From positions 386,260,001 to 386,324,000 of the forward strand of contig OZ024740.1 of the NCBI GenBank assembly GCA_964016885.1: a stretch of 64,000 nt of DNA, given 5' to 3'. Every line of letters begins with the position of its first letter. Within the stretch, counting starts at the first letter, position 1. Position numbers and translations under genes: made by a program. Under the pieces are notes generated by a model. That model ran no database searches and was not told the DNA's origin. It was given only the letters and a program-made list of their open reading frames with translations. This DNA is from Eledone cirrhosa (Eukaryota). Positions 46,266-60,207 of the stretch are shown here, one piece after another.

Positions 46266-49200
46266 AGACAGTTTATCACTCAATTAAATGATTTTGTGAA
46301 GTTCGCATCTAAAGCATGAGGTTTCAGATTCAGTCTTACTGTGTGGCACTTTAGAGAGAAAGTGTTTTTTACTATATCGCATCAAGCTGACCAATGTCTC
46401 ATGAGTGAATTTAATAACTGGAAACTGTGTGAAAACTAGTCATATGTATGTGTGTGTGTGAGGGGTGGGTATACACCTTTGCATCCAAAACACAATTAAA
46501 TCTGTGATTCTTTACGATACTGAAACATGGATTGGTGGCAAGGACACTCAGCTGTAGAAATTTGCTGGGCTAATGACTGAAAGACTGCTTCCCAAATACT
46601 GTACTTTATCAACCCTGGAAAGGCAATATTGAATTATGATGGCACCTAAGTCCCACCAAAGTCAATATTGCCTGGAAAGGCAATATTGACTTTGGTGGGA
46701 CTTGAAACCAGAACATAAAGGGCTGTAATGAAATACTGCAATACATTTCATTTGATCCACTAATGATTCTGCAAACCTACTACCCCTTTGTCTTCCCAAA
46801 TGTAAAAACAGTATTTAGTTATAAATGGACCATATAGAAAGTATTTCTTGGCTCTGAAAGAGGAAAGCAAGTTTCTTTGAAGTTAAGCCAATGCTAAGAA
46901 TATTATGTAACCATGAAAATACACAAACTATGTAGCAAAGAAAAAAAAACATGGTTTCCCTATTTATTTGCTGTCTTTGCAGCTCACAGCAATGACTAGC
47001 AAAATTTAACCAAATAAATTCTTTATTCCCATAGGCTATTCAAGTATAGATGTGCATTTACACCTATGGAAAAGTCCAAGAAATACATAAATCTGCAACA
47101 GTATATATAGAATCCTAACCAAAATGTCAAGCATATCTTTCTATTGCACTTGAAGCAGCATGGTGATAAATAATAGGCACCCAATAATTAATGAAATGTT
47201 GGAAAATGAAATTAATTACACAGCAAATTAATTTTTTTAGAAAGTGACATAATCTTTACATTAGGCAGATTGCTAAATTTAAACTTGAGCTGCAGACTGG
47301 ATTCAAACTTAATTGTATAAAATAGCATTTCTAAAATTGTTATTAATAACTACTTCAGTATTATTAAATTAAAAAGATAAAAAATAAATAACTTCCTTTA
47401 GAAAAAGTAAAGGTCTTTTATGTTCTTTACATAAGAATTATGATGGCAAATCATATAAGATATTTGTTCCAGTGACATGGGTTAAATGGGTTGTTAGTCC
47501 GAGACTAGACAAATCAACGAATTACACCTTGACTCTTAAGTTCCATATTTGGCATGGTTTCTACAGCTAGATGCCCTTCCTAATGCCAATCATTTTATAG
47601 TGTACTGGGTGCATTTTATCATGGCTCCAGCACTAACTCATACAGTGTGCAATAGGTGCATTTTATCATGGTGCCAGCACTAACGCTCTACAAACTGTAC
47701 TGGGTACCTTTTATCATGGCACTAAATTATTAGTACATATATAGTTGTCTTTTAAAAAAATATAACATGGATTATTATAAAGATTTCATTTGACAGTTAA
47801 TTTACAGCCCTTTTCTATATACACCTTTGACCTAGCCTATAGGTACCAAAACTGCAGCAATATATACTTCAAAGTACATTTTCTCATCAAATAAATCTCT
47901 TGCAAAGCATAGGCAATTTATTCTGGGGATTTCATTCTGTATTTAATTTTCATTTGTAAATAATTAGAATGTTACCTCAGTATTTGTGTAACAAATACAT
48001 CTTTTATTTAAAATGCATATAATTGAAGGTATGTTTATAATAATTTCCTCCTTTATTAGATGAACTACAAAGCAAAACATGACATTCATTGTATTTAATT
48101 CATTATATTTGTTTATATTCACACAATAATACAAGTGTGTGTGTGTGTAAGGCTTTAATCTAATCATCCTCAACTTCATCATTGTACATCCTTTTTTTCC
48201 CTATGCTAGCATGAGGTTTCCAATTATATTCTGTAATTAACCTACAATCTAAAGTTAATTCCCAGGGTGATATAGTAAAACACTTTAATTAGGGTTATAA
48301 TACTGGCATCATTTTCAGGTTAAGCTGATGACAACTTGAGAAGTCTATGAGAAAAGGAAATCTGAAAACGAAGCATGTTTATGTCATCCACTGCCTATTC
48401 ACAGAAAACAGACAAAATAATTAATTGCATTCTTAGAAAGCAGTAACTATACAAACTCAAAACTATAACTAAGCAAACTTAACACCATAAATATCTTGAC
48501 CTCAAAAACCTAACAAAGGAGCAACTAGCCCATATATAATGTTCTGTAAACATCAAGAGACAAAGGGCTAATATATGTCAGCCCAAGCTTCACAAAAAAC
48601 AAAATATGATTTACAGGCATAGTAAAGTTGCCAAATCTATAAATCAATATTGTAATAATTCTAAATCTAAAAAAACTAAATACAAGCATGTAACAAAATT
48701 TACATTTGATACTAAAAGAGCTACAAACTTATACAGACTGTTTATACGGCAAATTAAAAAGACTTAAAGAAATAATGAATAATCCTGACATTAAAGTCAA
48801 GATATTTAACGTAATCCACGGTAATACCAATATCTCCTAAGTTTGGCTAAACCAGAATGTTTTTAAAAAATTGCTGGTGTCACAACAAAAAACATCCAGT
48901 CCACCCCAAAAGGTAGTAATGCTGATGCCACATAAAAATCTCCTAGTACACACAAAAATGGGGTTAGCATGAGGAAAGGCATCCAACTGTAGCAAACCAA
49001 GCCAAAAATGTCACCTCACCTGTCTAGCCTCATATGACAGTCCATCTAATCCAAATAAGCATGGAAAATAGCCATTAAAACAGTAATGTCGATGATTCCA
49101 TCATCCTAATGATACTGGAATGAAATGGACTTCTATTGGTTTTGACGATGAGTTTTTCAGTTGTTCAGTCAATGGAACAGCCTGCTTATTAAATTAACAT

Positions 49201-50448
49201 GTAAAAAGCTGAGGATTCCACAAAGGCATGGTCTCTTAATGGAATTCTCAGCAAGATTCGGTCAGGCAGTATGTGAAAAGGTTAATCCTTCGAATAACAA
49301 ACAGTTCATCTGATGAGCTTCCAAACAGTTTCTGATTACCAAATTTCACCCACAAGACATGGGTGAACCCAAAGATAGGGTAAATAAGACTTGTCCAAGA
49401 TGTTCTCAATGCAATCAAAACCAAGACTTAATGATTGTGAAGGCCATGCTGCATCCCACCAATGATACTATCAACAGAATATACCAACTACATATAAGGA
49501 ACCACAGTAGGCCTAGGAAAATACTTAGAAATGAACAAAGGTGAAGTGATTACCATAACAAGAAAAGATATGGGGGAAATTATTTTCTCCGATACCCCAG
49601 CATGGCCACAGCCAAATTGCTAAAACCAATATAAAAAAAAGTAATATGGAAACAATGGGGTAGAAAATATAAATATAATGAGGAAGTACAGATTAAAGAT
49701 ACAGAAAAAAATATAAAAAGAATAACGGAAAATTGTTATGAATCAAAAAACACAGGATAGAACATGTAAAAATGATTTCTAATTTGGGTGCAAGGCCAGC
49801 AAATTATGGAGAGGGGAAGAGTCAATTATAGCGACCCTAGTACTTTACTGGTGTTTAATATTATCAACGGCAAACAGATGAAAGAAGGGGTTGTAATAAA
49901 ATGCTGCGAAACATTTTATCTGATGCCATAATGATTCTGTCAATACAAATGAAAAAATAAAAAACATTTACATAGTCCTCAAGGCTTAAAAAAAAAAAAA
50001 GAAAGAAAAGAAACCCTCATAAAGCTAGAAAGAGAAACTTAATTTAGATCACTTAATTTCAATTCGTAGCAGTAAGAACAATAAACACAAAGTAAACAAA
50101 CAAAAGGCAAATGTTAACTACCAAATGCACAATCAAAATTACAAAACAGTTGATCACTCCTCTTGTCTCTAGATGTTTTGAATGTAAAGGTGTGTCCACA
50201 AACACACACACATACGTATTCATGACAGACTTCCACAAAGTTCCCATCTACTAAAGGAACATATTTTCAGTTATGAATGAGTAGCTGTAAGGTGTAGCTC
50301 TATAGAGTAAAAGATGTAGCTAGCACCTTCATTGCACACCACATCCTATTCTGTATATAATTATAAGAAAGGCTTTAATCACTGTTATGAAAAAGTTAAT
50401 ATGTTCTAGTCAGACTGAGTCTAGTTAGCATAACTATTATAGATACCA

Positions 50449-50836
50449 ATCATCATCATCATCATTTTACGTCCGCTTTTCCCTGCTTGCAAGGGTGGGA
50501 CGGGAACTGATTCTGGCTTGATTTCTACAGCTGGATGCCCTTCCTAACACCAACCTCATTTATAGTGAGTGCTGGGTGCTTTTTTACCGTGGCGCCTACA
50601 CGTCCACTTTACAGTGTGGGCTGGGTGCTTTTTTTGCTGTGGCACCTCCACGACCACTTTGCAGTGGAATGATAGGGACCCCAGTCCTATCATCTCATTT
50701 CTACAGCTGAGTAAACTGGACCAATGTGAAATAAAGTGTCTTGCTCAAGGAAACAACACATCACCCAGTCTGAGAATTGAACTCACAACCTTTCGATTGC
50801 AAGGCCAATGCTCTAACCACTAAGCCATGTGCCTCC
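50449..50836 (-). mobile_element. SINE family B, full length, two 3'-UTR modules
   Basis: Complete head GGAGGCACATGGCTTAGTGG through to the (ATG)n tail. Confidence 0.93.
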
Positions 50837-53800
50837 ATATATTTTTTTTTAAATTCTGTTACTATGTAACTATATATTAATATATTTCTATTATTTTTGT
50901 CAGCAGAGAAAGCAGACAAAATGATGATGTTTGTCTAGAGGCTTAATTTGGAGGTGTTTTATTTTTTTTTTTTATAAACAACTGGTATCTCAAACAGCAT
51001 AATAATTTATTTTTTAAATTGATAAAAACAAAATTTGGAGGGGAGGAGATAGAGAAAAACTTTTATTTTGCTTAGTAATCATTGATTAAAAGATTGAGTA
51101 GTTCTTCTAAGATAGCCGAGCAGACACTAATCAAAAAAAGAAAAGCAGCTAATTTTTTGCTGAGTTAATGTTTATAAAAGAAGAACAATAGTAGTAATGC
51201 AAACATGAAAGTGGTTCTTTAGCAAATGTCCACTAGCAGATATGATAGGGGTCTCATCCATGATGAATAATTTCTAGCTAGACTACTATAGGGATCAAAG
51301 TAATGATCAGTAGCAACACATTAATTGTGGCTTATTCCTCTCTTTATTACACTAGTCTTAGAGATTTATAAAATAACATTGCTGCTGCTGCTCTTCTGCA
51401 ATAAAAAATTTTTTTTTCTTTAAACCACCCATACCAAATCTTGTATATGATAATAGTAAAACTACAATATGCTAAGACATGTCCATTTAGTCTGACAAAG
51501 AATTCACATCAGTTATTGTTATCAAAGATACCAAGAAAAAAATGTTTGCATTTTGACAATCAAACATCAACCACAAAGAGATAATATAATTATATAATTA
51601 TATAAGCTTTGACATTGAAAATAGACACTGTAAATGCGATTACAAACAGTGTTAATAACTAGTGCACTGAGTGAGATGACAAGAACAGGAATAAAAAATG
51701 TTTCATACTCATGCACACAATTCCAAAAGTAACACAACTGGGCACAGCACAGATTCTTTACAAGCCTCTCAAATGCCATAACAAAAATATTACACAACAA
51801 ACATTCAATATATAATCATCTCATCTGTTATGATTATCCTATTCTCATTAATATTAATATGGTGGTATGGAAACAGTGGTGATATGAAGAACTTACTTCA
51901 TCAGCCAGAAAAAAGTCAACTCCAGTAAAATTTGAACTCAGAACGTAAACTGACATAACTAGCGTATAAATTCAAATATAAGCTGATCTGAATATAAGCT
52001 GAGCCTCCCCATATTTTATATCTGAGAAAAGGGCAAAAATCTAAACTGCATTTTTACTTTTGGCCACTCACATGCAAGGAGTACTTTGAAAGCCAGGGAT
52101 TCATAGAGTAGAAAACGGAGGGAGGGACAGCAAGTGAATGAGCATGAGAAGGGGAGAGAGAGAGGGGTGAAACAAAAATCAGAAGATTTCAATCTTACAT
52201 AATATTGAAAGAAAAAATATTAAGACAGAAAAACGTGTGTGTATGTGTATGGGATATTTATGTATTAACCATTAGCAACTTCACGCACCATAGTACTCTA
52301 AATGTAGGAAAATTGTAAAATAATCATTCCAAATATTCTAGCACCTTATTTATGTAGAATTTGAAGTTGGTGATAATCAACAAAATATTGACCCCATATA
52401 TATATATATATGTCGAACTCCTCCCCTCCCCCTCCATTTTACCATCGATATTATTTTTTTTGTCACCAATTCTGCCAACTAGTGCATTTACATCTGATAA
52501 TATTACAACAAAAGATGAGAGTAGTTACATAGTACAAAGCTATAACAACTATATTGTTTTTCACCAAGAAAATCTTTTAAAAGCTGTATGGCTATTAAAT
52601 CATTAATGTCAACACGACTTGTAAAGATATTTGAATTAGATAAAAGTAAACGTGTTAGCATGATAGTTTATCAATAGATTCTTGTGATAAAACCACTTTC
52701 CTGATAAGAGGAACCCATGATCCATAACAGAAATCAGGCTGCTCTAAATTTCCAAAATTAAATACACAAAATTATGCTCAACTTTAAAACATCATCTACT
52801 GCACAGCATCAAGAAAAATAGAAATGATGATGACACTGATAACAATCAGATATGATGAAAATGATGAATATGACAACAATAGTACTCATGATGACTGTTG
52901 ATGACACAAAGCCAGAAATTAGAGGAGATGTACAGACAATTTATATGAACCCCAAGGAAATGAAAGAGAAAATGAACAATGTAGAACATAGAAGCACTAA
53001 ATTTGTTCAACATTAAGAATGTTTCTGACCACTCAACTGACTTTGACAATTATAATTCTGACAAAGGTTATGATAAAGATGATAATGATATCTTCAATGA
53101 CTTCCTATGAATGTAAAGGTATTAGACAATGAACAGTAGCAAATAGTAAGAGCAAGGGTTCCTTCTGTGTGTAGAGGCAAACAGTGATCTTTCAAATGTA
53201 AATCAACTCCTCTGCCACCTTGTGCTACCAAAATACTAAGCATACCATTTATGCTTTTCCCAAATGCATCAACAGGATAAGTTGGGATAGATGTTAATAT
53301 GAGCCCCGTTTCCTACAAATATGCGGCTTCCCGCTAATGTAAGAAATAATTATTACTCCTTTAAATGTAATGACCTAAAGCTATGGCAAGCAAGATCAGA
53401 TTTCACACAGAATTAGAGATAACAAATTTGATATAGGAAAATGTCAATTCCAGTGTTTTCAACTAAATATACAGTTGATTGTTTTATTATTGCTATGAAA
53501 AGGGTGGTGAAAAGCAGAATCAATACCTGCTCTATGAAATCTCTTGTGATATTTATTGTATTACATCCCTCTACTTGATGCATCTAAATGAGAGCAAGGC
53601 AACCTTTCAACTTTTATAAGTACTGAGATTAACTAGGTTGACAACACTCTTCCCTGAAATTTGTAACATTGCGGTGATAACACAAAAACTCCTTCTCACA
53701 GAAAGTGGAGAAGCAGAAATTGTAGAGTAGCCTTTCAATATGCAATTCGATTCCTCTACAATCTAAATCCAGATCCCTCCAAAGTCAACTTTGCTATTTA

Positions 53801-54015
53801 TCCCTCCAAAGACAATAAAATAAATACCAGCCATACGTATGTATGGACCTTTAACTACTAATGGAGTCAGAATGGTCATTTTAAACCTGACAGCACATCT
53901 CCCTCCAGATCTGAACACGAGGGTGAGAAAGAAATATAGAGGAAGAATTAACCTCAATAATGAACGGATACTTTCTCAACTTCAAAAGGATGAGAGATAA
54001 AGTACCAGTCATATA

Positions 54016-56511
54016 CAGCGAGTCCTCGATATACGGTATATATGCATTCCTGAAACCCTTACCGTATATCGAATTACCGTATAAAGAACTCATTGTAACA
54101 TGAAATAGATAGGGATGCGTTCCAGCACATCGAAAAAGTCATCCCTACAGAAAAGAAATAATGTTTTTTTTTTTATTTACTGTACCTTACACATGCCGCG
54201 TAGTCCATCAGATGATGTGCCACTTCATTTGTCCCTCCCGAGGCTAAGGGACAGTATGGGTTTCAGCCCTTACTCATCTTGGGCTGAGTTGGCAGGGGAG
54301 GATGAAGGTGATGTGGGAGGCTCAAAACCAACAAACTCGTTGACTGCAGTGAATGTTGAAGGGCCAGCTGTAGCACGGTTGGCAGGTGTGACGGGCTTGA
54401 AGAAAGAGTAGATGGAGGACTGTTTGGCGATGTTTCTTTTGACTTCATACATTTCTTGGTAAATCTTGACATTTTTCTCGACGTCTTGAGCCACTTTGCT
54501 GCTCCTAGCAGGGCTGGGTCACGCTCCTTCAGGGTTTCTAAGATCGTTTCGATACTCCTGAGACATTCTCTTAGAGTTTTTATGTCCAAGCCACGCACAG
54601 GTTCTTCGTCCTCCCCTTCTTTTTCTGTCTCCTGTATCGCCTTGTCTAGTTCTATGAGTTCATCATTGGAAAGTGGTTCAGCGTGGCTTTCCAAAAAGTC
54701 TTGCACATCATCATCATTAACATCGACGCCAGCTCTATGGCAGAGATTTACAATATCTTTTTTTATCACACCAATGTCCTCAGCAAAGCCTTGGAAGTTA
54801 TTCACACATGCTGGCCATAATTTCTTCCAGGCCATGGTAGACTGCTTCACTTCTTCCCAAGATGCTTTGATGTTGTCTAAGCCGTGCTTGATGTTGTACA
54901 ATTTCCACCATTCCCTGATCGTGGGCTTGTCAGGCCCATCTGTGCCCTTTATCAGCTGCTGCATGGTTCTCCGCTGGTAGTATGCCTTAAATGTTTTGAT
55001 GACTGTTTGATCCATCAGCTGAATGAGAGCTGTGGTGTTTGGAGTGAAAAAACAAAACCTCAATATTTTCTGACCAGTCTTCCATTGCCTGTGGGTTGCT
55101 GGGGGCGTAGTCCACTAATAGCAGAAAACGGTTGGCAATGTTGTTAGCTAATGCATATTCTTTAAGGGTTGGTGACATATGAGGTGAAAAAATCCTGGTG
55201 AATTGAAGTGATCAGCCATGCCTTCTTATTAGACTTCCATATCACTGGTAGGTATTGCTTAAGTAACCCCTTGAGTGCTCTTGGGGTTTCAAAATGGTAG
55301 ATAATGAGTGGCTTTAGCTTTAAATCTCCTTCTGCATTCCCTCCAAGTAACAGGGTAACACGGTCCTTTGAGGCTTTGAAACCCTTCGCACTTTTCTCCT
55401 CCTTGTCAATTACTGGTATTACTGGTCATCTTTTCCAATAAAGTTCTGTTTCATCATAATTAATAACCTGCTTTTTTCTGTACTCCTTCTTTGCAATGCA
55501 TTTCTCTAACTCTGCCTTGAATTTTTCAGCACTCTCTTTGTCGGAACTGGCAGCCTCACCTGTAATTTTTATGTTGTGAAGACTCGAACATCATTTGAAC
55601 TTATCAAACCAGCCTTTGCTTGCCTTGAATACAAAGTCATCCACCCCCATTTCAGTCTTGAGCCTGTCAATAATGGACAATGCTTTCTCACTGATTACAT
55701 TTAAAGACAGGCATATTTTGACGATTTTGGTCGTCGATCCAAATTTTGAGCAACCTTTCCATCCTATCCATAATCGGCTCACAATGTTTGGTCAACAATT
55801 TACTCTGTAGACTCGTAGTATTCTCCCCAGCTTTTTTTGATAGCCTCACTATTTTTTAAAACAGCCCAGACTGTAGACTGGGCTAGGCCTAAGTTACGAC
55901 TTATGGCGGACCTACCTTGCCCCTGTTCCTTCCATTTCAAAATGTCCAGCTTTATCTCCAAAGTCAGGTTCTTCCTCATGCGTTCGGCCTTTCCATCTGC
56001 ATCAGCAATATTCGTAGGACGTTTTGGGGCCATGAGATATGGGGTTATAAAATAAGCCGTGATAATTATGTTTCAAAAACACGCCGTCGGGTTTTCTCTT
56101 ACTTTGAATAATGCCATAACTCTTAACTGATCACTTCAGTTCGGCAAAAATTCTCTCACTGAGAGGACACGCTAGTTTGCCGAACTGAAGTAATCAGCTA
56201 AGAGTTATGACGTCATCGATCGATATCTGAACTCGCTCGTGATTGGCCAGTTTCTTGGTAAGGTCAGTTAGTACGATAGCAGTACTAACACAATTTTCCT
56301 AGAATTCGAATAGCAGTCAGTTTCCACAAATTCAAGGGGGAATTTATTGCTTACTACAGGTGGCGCTACGGTACAATATAAACAAAACACGATCAAAAAC
56401 CGTATCGGTGAATTTTTTTTTTACCGTAAATAGAATTGATGGTAGTAATTACCCAAAACCGTATCTGTGAATTTACCGGATAAAGAACTACCGTATATCG
56501 AAGACCCACTG
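54016..56511 (-). mobile_element. Full-length Tigger/pogo DNA transposon (~2.5 kb)
   Basis: TA|CAGCGAGTCCTCGATATACGGTA ... TACCGTATATCGAAGACCCACTG|TA TIRs with TA TSD. Subterminal accgta repeats and an internal transposase. Confidence 0.95.
54270..56033 (-). pseudogene. Frameshifted Tigger (TIGD1-like) transposase
   Basis: MAPKRP..RKNLTLEIKLDIL (CENP-B-type HTH), FKASKGWFDKFK, NYDETELYWK, LLLVDYAP and PNTTALIQLMDQTVIKTFKAYY, ending KQSSIYSFF. Spread over several frames. Confidence 0.93.
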
Positions 56512-56643
56512 TACTAACTTCCTTAAACCTTTATTACTCCATGACATTATAAGAAATACAAGGTGACTAAAAACAACTGACCCCATTTAATTTTATCTAC
56601 ATTATTCATTTTTTAACAAAATCTAATTAAACTCCAAATATAG

Positions 56644-57262
56644 TTAATCCCTTCAGACCTGGGCACCTATATCTAACTTTATCATCCACCTGGGCTCCTG
56701 AGCAGAAAAAAAAAAGAAATAGTTGCATACACAGCTCAAGAGTAATGATTGCAGGCAAAATAATGGACAGAATCAACACAAGGTGCAATAAATGTGACTA
56801 CCCACCCTTCATCTAGATTTACATAATCTCCACCACTTCTATCAGTATCATCTGTGCAAGGGCCACATGGTATTTGTTCACTTGAATCGCTACTTTCCTC
56901 ACCACTTTCACAAGTTTCATTGTCCAAATCACTCAGTTTGCAGAAGGGTAAACTTGTTGCAATTCTTGCTCACCTTCGTCAATAATTTCCTTATTTGCTC
57001 ATTTACCAGACGAAATGCTGGGTTCATCACAGACACGTATCATTGTAAAATCCGTTTTTCTTTTTAGATTAAAAACAAAAGTAAACAACAGATATAGGGG
57101 ACGCTATTAACAATGAGTTATAAATACATGTAACTTCAAAGCTGCAACATGATCGGTTGTCTATTTTTAGCATTTTATCTTTTCTTACATGTGTTGTTCA
57201 TTACCACTTTAACCAGAACCCGGTAGAGATTACATTTAGGCTTTTACTGCTATTCAGGGTTA
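56644..57262 (-). mobile_element. Possible internally deleted piggyBac-like relic
   Basis: TTAA at both ends, and an acidic broken ORF (DNETCESGEESSDSSE..DEGW) like piggyBac N-termini. TIRs are poor. Confidence 0.3.
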
Positions 57263-57324
57263 ATTCACACAATTAAAAACAACTTACCAAACATTCATTA
57301 ACTTCTGATGTTTCTGTCCAGAGT

Positions 57325-57512
57325 TACAGTACATGTTCCAAGTGATCCCCATTTGAATCCATGCATTTTTTGAGACCCATTGTGCAGTTTAGTACATCTT
57401 TACAAACAGACCTAGGGATGGCTCGGATTTCCTCCCTGGTGTTTTCCTTTAGTTCAGTGATGGTCTGGGTTTGTTGACATATATAACCTATCCTTCAGAT
57501 AGTCCATCTTGT
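57325..57512 (-). pseudogene. Tc1/mariner-superfamily transposase C-terminal relic
   Basis: Frameshifted DYLKDR../NKP.TITELKENTREEIRAIPRSVCKDVL..LKKCMDSNGDHLEHVL*. Confidence 0.75.
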
Positions 57513-60207
57513 TATGGGCTGGGTGCTTTTTTGTTGTGGCACCAGCACAACCACTTTACAGGGTGAACTGGGTGCTTTTGTTATCGTGGCACCAGTACTG
57601 TAGGAGAGCAGATGTGGAGCATGTCCAGCTTTCCATGCATGCATGGATTGGATAGGCAAGATGTATCAGGCATGTGGAAGATGGGGTGGGGATGGAGCAC
57701 ATCTTCAACATCATTGGACATCTATCTCCCATACCTGCCTGAGCCAGATAGGCTGACATGCTCTTAGACTAGACTGGACAAGAGACCACGTTTAGTTCAT
57801 ATGTTCCGGTTTTTTTTTGGCATGGCCTTTCTAGTCAAGTGTCTTTCCAAACCCTAACCATCATTTTATCATAGTACAAGGTGGATCATGTCCAGCTTTC
57901 CATGTTGGTGTATATAAAATTAAGTTAAGTTTTTGTGTAGTTTTAAATGTGTAAAATGACTCTTCCACACAGTAAGATATCATTTTCTTGAAAGGCTATC
58001 AGTCTAACACAAGTAACATTCCCTGATGAACTGTAACTTACTTCTGATTGTTAGGTAAACTGAGACAATATAGAGTATTCTGTTTTCTGCTCGGGAGTAT
58101 AACAAAACACCTAAAATAGATTTTAACTTGTGACTAGATAGCCTAATATCTCATCCATTCAACCATCTACTGTAAAAGCCAACTTACTTCATTTATGATG
58201 TTAAAGCACTTGAAAAATGGTATTAACCCTCTAAGGATCATACACCGTATTTTATTTAATTAATGAATAATTTACTAAAATTATTTTCATTATTCAAATG
58301 GTATCTATGGTTCTTATATAAAATTATGTTGGGAGGCTTTAATTTAAATAGGGGCTCATTAAAATTAATGATTTTGTTTCATAGAATGATGGTTTGGGGT
58401 GGGTTGGTATCAAAGTTTTCAACCCCACACTATTGTATTCACTTCAAATTAAACTCAAATTTGTGACTTTGAATCATTACTACTCTCCTTATCTTTAATT
58501 TGAGATAGAAGTTGAGATGGAAATGAGAAACATGACATTCATGCTTTTCCCTAAAAGTGTTTGTGAGAATAAATGAAATGAACTGTCTTCATAAAAACAC
58601 TGAAAAGTCTTGAGCTTACAAGAAACTTTCCTCCTATTAAACGATAAGACATAAATATTAGTTTCATTTTGACTATGCACAAAGGTGTCGTATTTGAGCA
58701 GATAAAAAAAATGAATAGTTTTATCATGTCTCTTCCAAAAATAAAGCAACAAATGTGAAGTCAAAAGATTACTTCAAATTGAGATTGAAGGTACATTGTA
58801 ATGCAAACTTGCAGGGTAATTCCACAGTATATACAAATAAACATATATAACCAAAGAGAATACAAAATAGATGAATAAAAAAACCGATTTAAAAAAATAC
58901 AAATTTTCCTTTCTTTCTCTCTAAATAAAAAAGAATTTGTCCTGAATCCAAGTTAAATTTATATAAATATAAAAGTTATATTTTTACCTTGTGCAAATAA
59001 AACAAAGAAAAATTATCAATGCAACATTTTTTATCAGACTATATAGTAACAACAAACAACAAATATTTTAAGTTCATTTTCCTGCTAAAGTAATGGTTAG
59101 CCTTGAGAGTCCCATAACCTTCACATTATCTTGTGAAATATACTTCATAGTTATATTGTTGGAGCACTGTGAAACATTGAAATTCCCTATGAGGCAAATT
59201 AGCAGTAAACGTGGTTGGTGTTAGGAAGGGCATCCTGCCGTAGAAAACCTGCCAGACAGTCCTATACAAGCAAGACGACCAATCTTGCCTCAAGTGGGAT
59301 AATTCCCATCTAAACCCATGCTAGCATGGAAGATAGACGATATCACTGACAATGCATTGTCTATCTCAGTCATGTTGCTACAATCAGTTCACTTTCCAAT
59401 TAAAGGTTGTGAGTTCTAATCCAACATTTGTCCTTGTAAATAATTATTTTTCCAAAAATTATTCACACATTTGATCCTGCTTGCTATTTGTACATATATG
59501 CTGAATATTGATGAAATCATATCTGAGAAATAAATTACTAAAATATCATTCTTATTACTTACACCCATAAATTATAAGGTTTCTTGTACGCAAACAATTA
59601 ATTTAATAAAACAAATTTCCCACTTTGTATGACTGTTCATATATCCTGGTTTATATGGCACACCCATCCTGGATTCCAGAAATTCAATACATTCAACACT
59701 ATTGCTGTCATCAGTGACAACACTTGTCCACTAGTAAGTTAAGAATCAATATTAGCAGTCTTTCACAAAGCCTCTGGCAAAATGCAACAGACATAATTAC
59801 TTGGAACCAAAGCTTCTAACCTGACTACATCCTTCCCATTTTACCTACAGTAACTTTTCAATATTTGATTCCATTAACTTTGAAATCCATTGAAGGTCTT
59901 CTATCTCTTGATCAATGACTTAATTACTACCAACCCCATACACTTAAGTAAACAGCTAACTGAATCCTTATTAGCTTTGTATCCCTTAATCTCCTATACT
60001 GTCCATTGCTAACATCAGCTGCACCTACATCCATGTTTTCTATCAATGACATCTTCAGAAATATAACAACCAGATAACATTTAATAACACCAAGACACAT
60101 ATATCACTTATTTCAAGGAATAATAAACACAACTCCACCCCTTATTAACAACTACCAACATAATAGATTCCATTCACTAAGATTTATAATATTTAATTAA
60201 ATGTGAA

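Noticed and set aside
52825-53110. Acidic exon-like stretch
   Set aside because: Stops in all frames; at best a highly decayed transposase N-terminus.
54115-55147. Plus-strand ORFs within the Tigger element
   Set aside because: Antisense to the transposase pseudogene.
58023-58080. Hammerhead ribozyme at CTGATGA
   Set aside because: No properly placed GAAA or convincing stems; other CTGATGA hits (22781, 33469, 49310) also fail.
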